DNA of 64,000 nucleotides, from positions 26,781 through 90,780 of the forward strand of contig JAJXWH010000008.1 in assembly GCA_021781745.1 (NCBI GenBank), read 5' to 3'. The stretch comes from Bacillota bacterium (GTDB lineage: Bacteria > Bacillota > Clostridia > Clostridiales > Clostridiaceae). Below, in pieces: positions 59,997 through 64,000 of the stretch (position 1 is the stretch's first letter; every line of letters begins with the position of its first letter). The translations under genes and the position numbers were made by a program. The notes under the pieces are model-generated. The model was not told the origin of the DNA, ran no database searches, and saw nothing but the letters and a program-made list of their open reading frames with translations.

Positions 59997-61169
59997 ATGA
60001 ATTATTTTGAAGAAAGCCTAAAATTACATGAAGAAAAACAAGGAAAGATTTCAATAGAGTCTAAAGTTAAAGTTGAAACAAGAGAGGATCTAAGCCTTGC
60101 ATATACACCAGGAGTTGCAGAACCTTGCTGGAAAATTCATGAAGATCAAGAAAACGTCTACAAGTATACTTCGAAGGGAAATTTAGTAGCAGTAGTTACG
60201 GATGGTTCAGCAGTTCTCGGACTTGGAGATATAGGGCCAATGGCAGGAATGCCTGTAATGGAAGGTAAAGCAATATTATTTAAAGAATTTGCAAATGTAG
60301 ATGCGTTTCCTATACTGGTAGATTCCAAGGATGTAGATGAAATAGTTAATGCAGTTAGACTAATAGCACCAACTTTTGGCGGAATAAATTTAGAAGATAT
60401 TGGGGCACCAAGATGCTTTGAAGTTGAAGAAAAACTTAAGAAGTTAATTGATATTCCTGTATTCCATGACGACCAACATGGAACAGCAATAGTAACTCTA
60501 GCAGGTGTTTTAAATGCATTAAAAGTAGTTGATAAGAAAATTGAAGATATAAAAGTAGTTGTAAATGGAGCAGGAGCTGCGGGAACTGCGATAGCTAAAC
60601 TTCTATTATCTTCAGGGGTAAAAAAATTAATTGCTTGTGACAGATCAGGGATTTTATATAGAGGAATGGAAAATATTGATTCGTCTAAACAAGCATTAGC
60701 AGAAATAACAAATCCAGATAATATCAAGGGTAATCTTTCAGATGCTTTAGTTGGTGCAGACTTATTTATTGGAGTATCTGCACCAGGAGTATTAAGACCT
60801 GAAATGGTCAAAGCAATGAATAAGGATTCAATAATTTTTGCTATGGCGAATCCAACCCCGGAAATAATGCCAGATGAAGCAAAAGTAGCAGGTGCTAGGG
60901 TTGTAGGAACAGGACGTTCTGATTTCCCGAATCAAGTAAATAATGTTTTGGCTTTTCCAGGAATATTTAGAGGAGCTTTAGATGTTAGAGCAAGAGAGAT
61001 AAATGAAGAAATGAAAATTGCTGCAGCTTATGCAATAGCTAATTATATTAAAGATGAAGATTTAAATGAAGATAACGTAATTCCAAGTTCATTAGATAAA
61101 AATGTAGCTGCAAAAGTAGCAGAAGCAATTGCAAAAGCTGCAAGAGAAAGTGGGGTTGCAAGAAAATAA
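59997..61169 (+). CDS. NAD(P)-dependent malic enzyme (short YtsJ/MaeA-type)
   Basis: LAYTPGVA, MEGKA.LFK, INLEDI, HDDQHGT, GAGAAG, ANPTPEI, NQVNN. Confidence 0.95.
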   Translation: MNYFEESLKLHEEKQGKISIESKVKVETREDLSLAYTPGVAEPCWKIHEDQENVYKYTSKGNLVAVVTDGSAVLGLGDIGPMAGMPVMEGKAILFKEFANVDAFPILVDSKDVDEIVNAVRLIAPTFGGINLEDIGAPRCFEVEEKLKKLIDIPVFHDDQHGTAIVTLAGVLNALKVVDKKIEDIKVVVNGAGAAGTAIAKLLLSSGVKKLIACDRSGILYRGMENIDSSKQALAEITNPDNIKGNLSDALVGADLFIGVSAPGVLRPEMVKAMNKDSIIFAMANPTPEIMPDEAKVAGARVVGTGRSDFPNQVNNVLAFPGIFRGALDVRAREINEEMKIAAAYAIANYIKDEDLNEDNVIPSSLDKNVAAKVAEAIAKAARESGVARK

Positions 61170-61365
61170 GAGATAATATTTTGAAGATTTGAAATATTAG
61201 CTGAGTTTGTACATGAGTCTAATTAGTCAGGTTTAATATTTTTAGAGCATATACAAACTGAGATTAAGAATTATAGAGTAATAATTTGACTAAATAATAA
61301 AAACTTATTATGTATTCTATGTAAAGGTTTAAAGATTAAAAATAGAAATTTTAGGAGGTATAAAT

Positions 61366-62337
61366 ATGCAAATCCCAATAAAGAAAACACTTGATAAAAT
61401 TCCAGGCGGTATGATGGTTGTTCCACTATTTTTAGGAGTACTAGTTAATACATTTTTTCCACAATTTTTAAAGATTGGTGGGTTTACAACTGGATTATTT
61501 GGACCAGCAGCATCAACACCAATTTTAGCTTGTTTTATGTTTTTGATTGGTTCACAAATTAACTTTAAATTAGCACCAAAGGCATTAAAAAAAGGTGCAA
61601 TATTAGTAACAGGAAAATTTATAGTAGGTGCTGGTATTGGTATAATAGCAGGTAAAGTTTTTGGGCCTGCTGGTGTATTGGGTTTATCACCACTAGCAAT
61701 CCTTGCAGCATTAACAAATTGTAATGGCGGATTATACGCTTCTCTTGCTTCACAATATGGTGATGAAACAGATGTAGGTGCTTACGCTTTATTATCTTTA
61801 AAAGACGGTCCATTTTTTACATTAGTTGCATTGGGAGCATCAGGACTTGCTCAAATTCCTTTCATGTCACTTGTAGCTGTATTAGTGCCAATAATAATAG
61901 GTATGATTTTGGGAAATATTGATAATGATATGAGGAAATTTCTTGGAAGCAGCAAATTATTATTAATCCCATTCTTTTCATTTCCATTAGGATCAGGTAT
62001 GAATCTTTCAACTATTATAACAGCTGGAGGTCCTGGTATCTTATTAGGTTTAATAGCTAGTTTAACTGGAATAGGAGCTTTCATACTTCTAAAATTATTT
62101 AGGGAAGAGCCTATAATTGGACTAGCAACAGGATCAACTGCAGGAAATGCAGTAGCGACACCAGTTGCTGTTGCAGCAGCAGATCCAACATTAGCTGCTA
62201 TAGCAACAATTGCTACTGCTCAAGTTGCAGCTGCATGTGTAGTATCTGCTATCGTTTGTCCATTCATTGTATCTTATGTATTCAAATTACTTCGAAATAG
62301 TAAAGCAAAAAAGTTAAACAGTGAAGTTGCCGCATAA
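61366..62337 (+). CDS. kdgT: 2-keto-3-deoxygluconate permease (KdgT) family transporter
   Basis: IPGGMMVVPL, NCNGGLY..QYG, DGPFFT, STAGNAVATP. Confidence 0.85.
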   Translation: MQIPIKKTLDKIPGGMMVVPLFLGVLVNTFFPQFLKIGGFTTGLFGPAASTPILACFMFLIGSQINFKLAPKALKKGAILVTGKFIVGAGIGIIAGKVFGPAGVLGLSPLAILAALTNCNGGLYASLASQYGDETDVGAYALLSLKDGPFFTLVALGASGLAQIPFMSLVAVLVPIIIGMILGNIDNDMRKFLGSSKLLLIPFFSFPLGSGMNLSTIITAGGPGILLGLIASLTGIGAFILLKLFREEPIIGLATGSTAGNAVATPVAVAAADPTLAAIATIATAQVAAACVVSAIVCPFIVSYVFKLLRNSKAKKLNSEVAA

Positions 62338-62409
62338 AAAATTACTAGAGAAACTTTAATATAGTAATAAAAATAATTTCTATTCAAAACTTAACACTGT
62401 ATAAAAAAT

Positions 62410-62450
62410 GGATAATCACCTGTTGAATTAATAGGTGATTGTCCTGATTT
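62410..62450 (+). terminator. Intrinsic terminator after kdgT
   Basis: GGATAATCACCTG / TAGGTGATTGTCC followed by a T-rich tail. Confidence 0.65.
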
Positions 62451-62622
62451 TTATATATTTTTGGGATAATAATATAGATATGAAAGAAATGATTTAGTTG
62501 TTAGTAGATACGGTCTTTTAAGCAAATACTTAGGGGAATTTATTTTGTAATAATTAATTCTTTGTATATAATTAAGATAAATCTAATGAATTAAAATATA
62601 TAGCTAAATAAAGGGTGATAAA

Positions 62623-64000
62623 ATGAAATTAAAAGGAAAAATAATATCCTTTGTAATAATTATTCTTATAATTTCTATTGGAAGCATAACTATACTTTCA
62701 TTTATTGAAATGAAAAATTTATTAAGAGATCAAATAGATAAAAATATGTTAAACATAGCTGATTCCGTTGCATCAACTTATGAAGTTAAAGAATGTTTAA
62801 TGGGGAGTAAAAATATCTCTGATGAATTATTAAATAATGAAGTGGAGAAAGCTCGAATAAAGACAAATGTGGAATATATAGTGGTTATGGATATGAATGG
62901 AAAAAGATATTCTCATCCGGATAAAAGTAAAATTGGTGAAAAGTTTGTTGGGGGAGATGAAGAAAGGGTATTAAAAACTGGAGAACAGTATATCTCGATG
63001 GCAAGTGGTAGTCTTGGGTCAGCTGTAAGAGCTTTTGTACCTGTTTATGATGATAATAATAAGCAGATAGGGGCAGTAGCAGTTGGGATGTTATATAATA
63101 AATTTGATAATGAAGTATACACAAAAATGTATAAGTTTATACCTATTGTATTAATGGGGCTAATTTTAGGGGTTTCAGGTGCTATAGCTCTTTCCTATGA
63201 TATAAAAAAAGCTATATTTGGTCTTGAACCTGAAGAAATAGCTTTAAATCTAAAGCAAAAAGAAATTGTAATTGAAAACATAAAAGAAGGTATAATTGCT
63301 TTAGATATTAGTGGATGCATAACATTGTTTAATGAGAGGGCCGGTAAAATTTTAAAACTAACTCAGGAAGATATAGGAAAACCAATCACTAATTTTACAT
63401 ATGAAAGTATGGTTCAAATGGTACTAAACAGTGGAAAGTCAATGGAAAATATAGAAATAAAAGTGCGCCCAGGCTTAAATATTATGTGTAAATATAGTAT
63501 TATCCGGGGACTTAAAAATAAAATCTTAGGTTTAGTTGTAACTTTTGAGGACTTAACTGAAGTACGTAAAATGGCAGAAGAACTAACTGGTATACGTAAA
63601 ATGACTTGGTCGCTTAGGGCTCAAAATCACGAATTTATGAATAAATTACACACAATTTCTGGACTTATTCAATTGGAAGAATATGATGAAGTAAATAAAT
63701 TTATTAATACTATAGTTGAAAGTAAAAAGAGTATAACAACTATAATATCCGATAAAATTAAGAATGTATCATTAGCAGCACTAATATTATCAAAATATAG
63801 TAAATGTGAAGAAGAAAGGATTAATTTAATTATAGATGATACTTCGAAGATTACTAAGCTCCCTAAGTTTATGACATCTGAAGAACTTGTATCTGTAGTT
63901 GGAAATTTAATAGACAATTCTATAGATGCAGTTAAAAATGACGGCACTGGTGAAATATATATGAAAATACTTGAAGAGGAGGAAAAAGTGAAAATAACTG
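62623..64000 (+). CDS. CitA/DcuS/MalK family sensor histidine kinase, truncated by the window end and absent from the ORF track
   Basis: ATG 62623 follows AAGGGTGA; sCache YIVVMDMNGKRYSHP, GSLG..VRAFVPV, PAS domain, H-box LRAQNHEFMNKLH, N-box VGNLIDNSIDA. Confidence 0.93.
   Translation, partial: MKLKGKIISFVIIILIISIGSITILSFIEMKNLLRDQIDKNMLNIADSVASTYEVKECLMGSKNISDELLNNEVEKARIKTNVEYIVVMDMNGKRYSHPDKSKIGEKFVGGDEERVLKTGEQYISMASGSLGSAVRAFVPVYDDNNKQIGAVAVGMLYNKFDNEVYTKMYKFIPIVLMGLILGVSGAIALSYDIKKAIFGLEPEEIALNLKQKEIVIENIKEGIIALDISGCITLFNERAGKILKLTQEDIGKPITNFTYESMVQMVLNSGKSMENIEIKVRPGLNIMCKYSIIRGLKNKILGLVVTFEDLTEVRKMAEELTGIRKMTWSLRAQNHEFMNKLHTISGLIQLEEYDEVNKFINTIVESKKSITTIISDKIKNVSLAALILSKYSKCEEERINLIIDDTSKITKLPKFMTSEELVSVVGNLIDNSIDAVKNDGTGEIYMKILEEEEKVKIT

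Noticed and set aside
1161-63947. Many 60-217-aa ORFs in the track antisense to, or nested in, clear genes (e.g. 1161-1385, 13365-13775, 30446-31045, 60158-60811, 62885-63124, 63669-63947)
   Set aside because: They are shadow frames of well-supported genes, with no SD or protein motifs.
1-64000. CRISPR array, tRNA, rRNA, prophage or intact IS
   Set aside because: No regularly spaced repeat-spacer units, no canonical tRNA/rRNA signatures, and no integrase, transposase or phage genes were found.

Overview
Very AT-rich chromosomal window that reads like Clostridium sensu stricto; the solventogenic/butyricum-type lineage is an inference from gene content and composition. No rRNA, tRNA, CRISPR array, integrase or intact transposase was seen. 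Main contents, left to right: PspC and a G1P-dehydrogenase-like gene; a membrane diguanylate cyclase divergent from a complete siaB-siaC-siaA-siaD c-di-GMP phosphoswitch; a structured ~250-nt leader RNA upstream of a phospholipid N-methyltransferase; an Lrp-linked operon (dat, DUF4392, DUF1445, pxpA, alr, pxpB, pxpC, AGCS symporter) suggesting a D-glutamate/5-oxoproline pathway, whose first and last genes share a terminator-like leader hairpin with an identical 12-nt motif; a guanine riboswitch with an NCS2 permease; aminopeptidase; a MarR-controlled heterodimeric ABC exporter; a radical SAM gene with an in-frame TGA; a Spo0E-MEDS fusion; an rsgA paralogue behind an attenuator-like leader; a three-gene PlsA/PlsR-like activase/reductase set; a GH3 lacking its catalytic nucleophile paired with a GH8 lacking a signal peptide; nox; an H-NOX chemoreceptor; MITE/REP-like repeats; a duplicated PadR module; and malic enzyme, KdgT and a CitA-type kinase cut by the window end. 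Family names come from motif recognition only; no searches were run.
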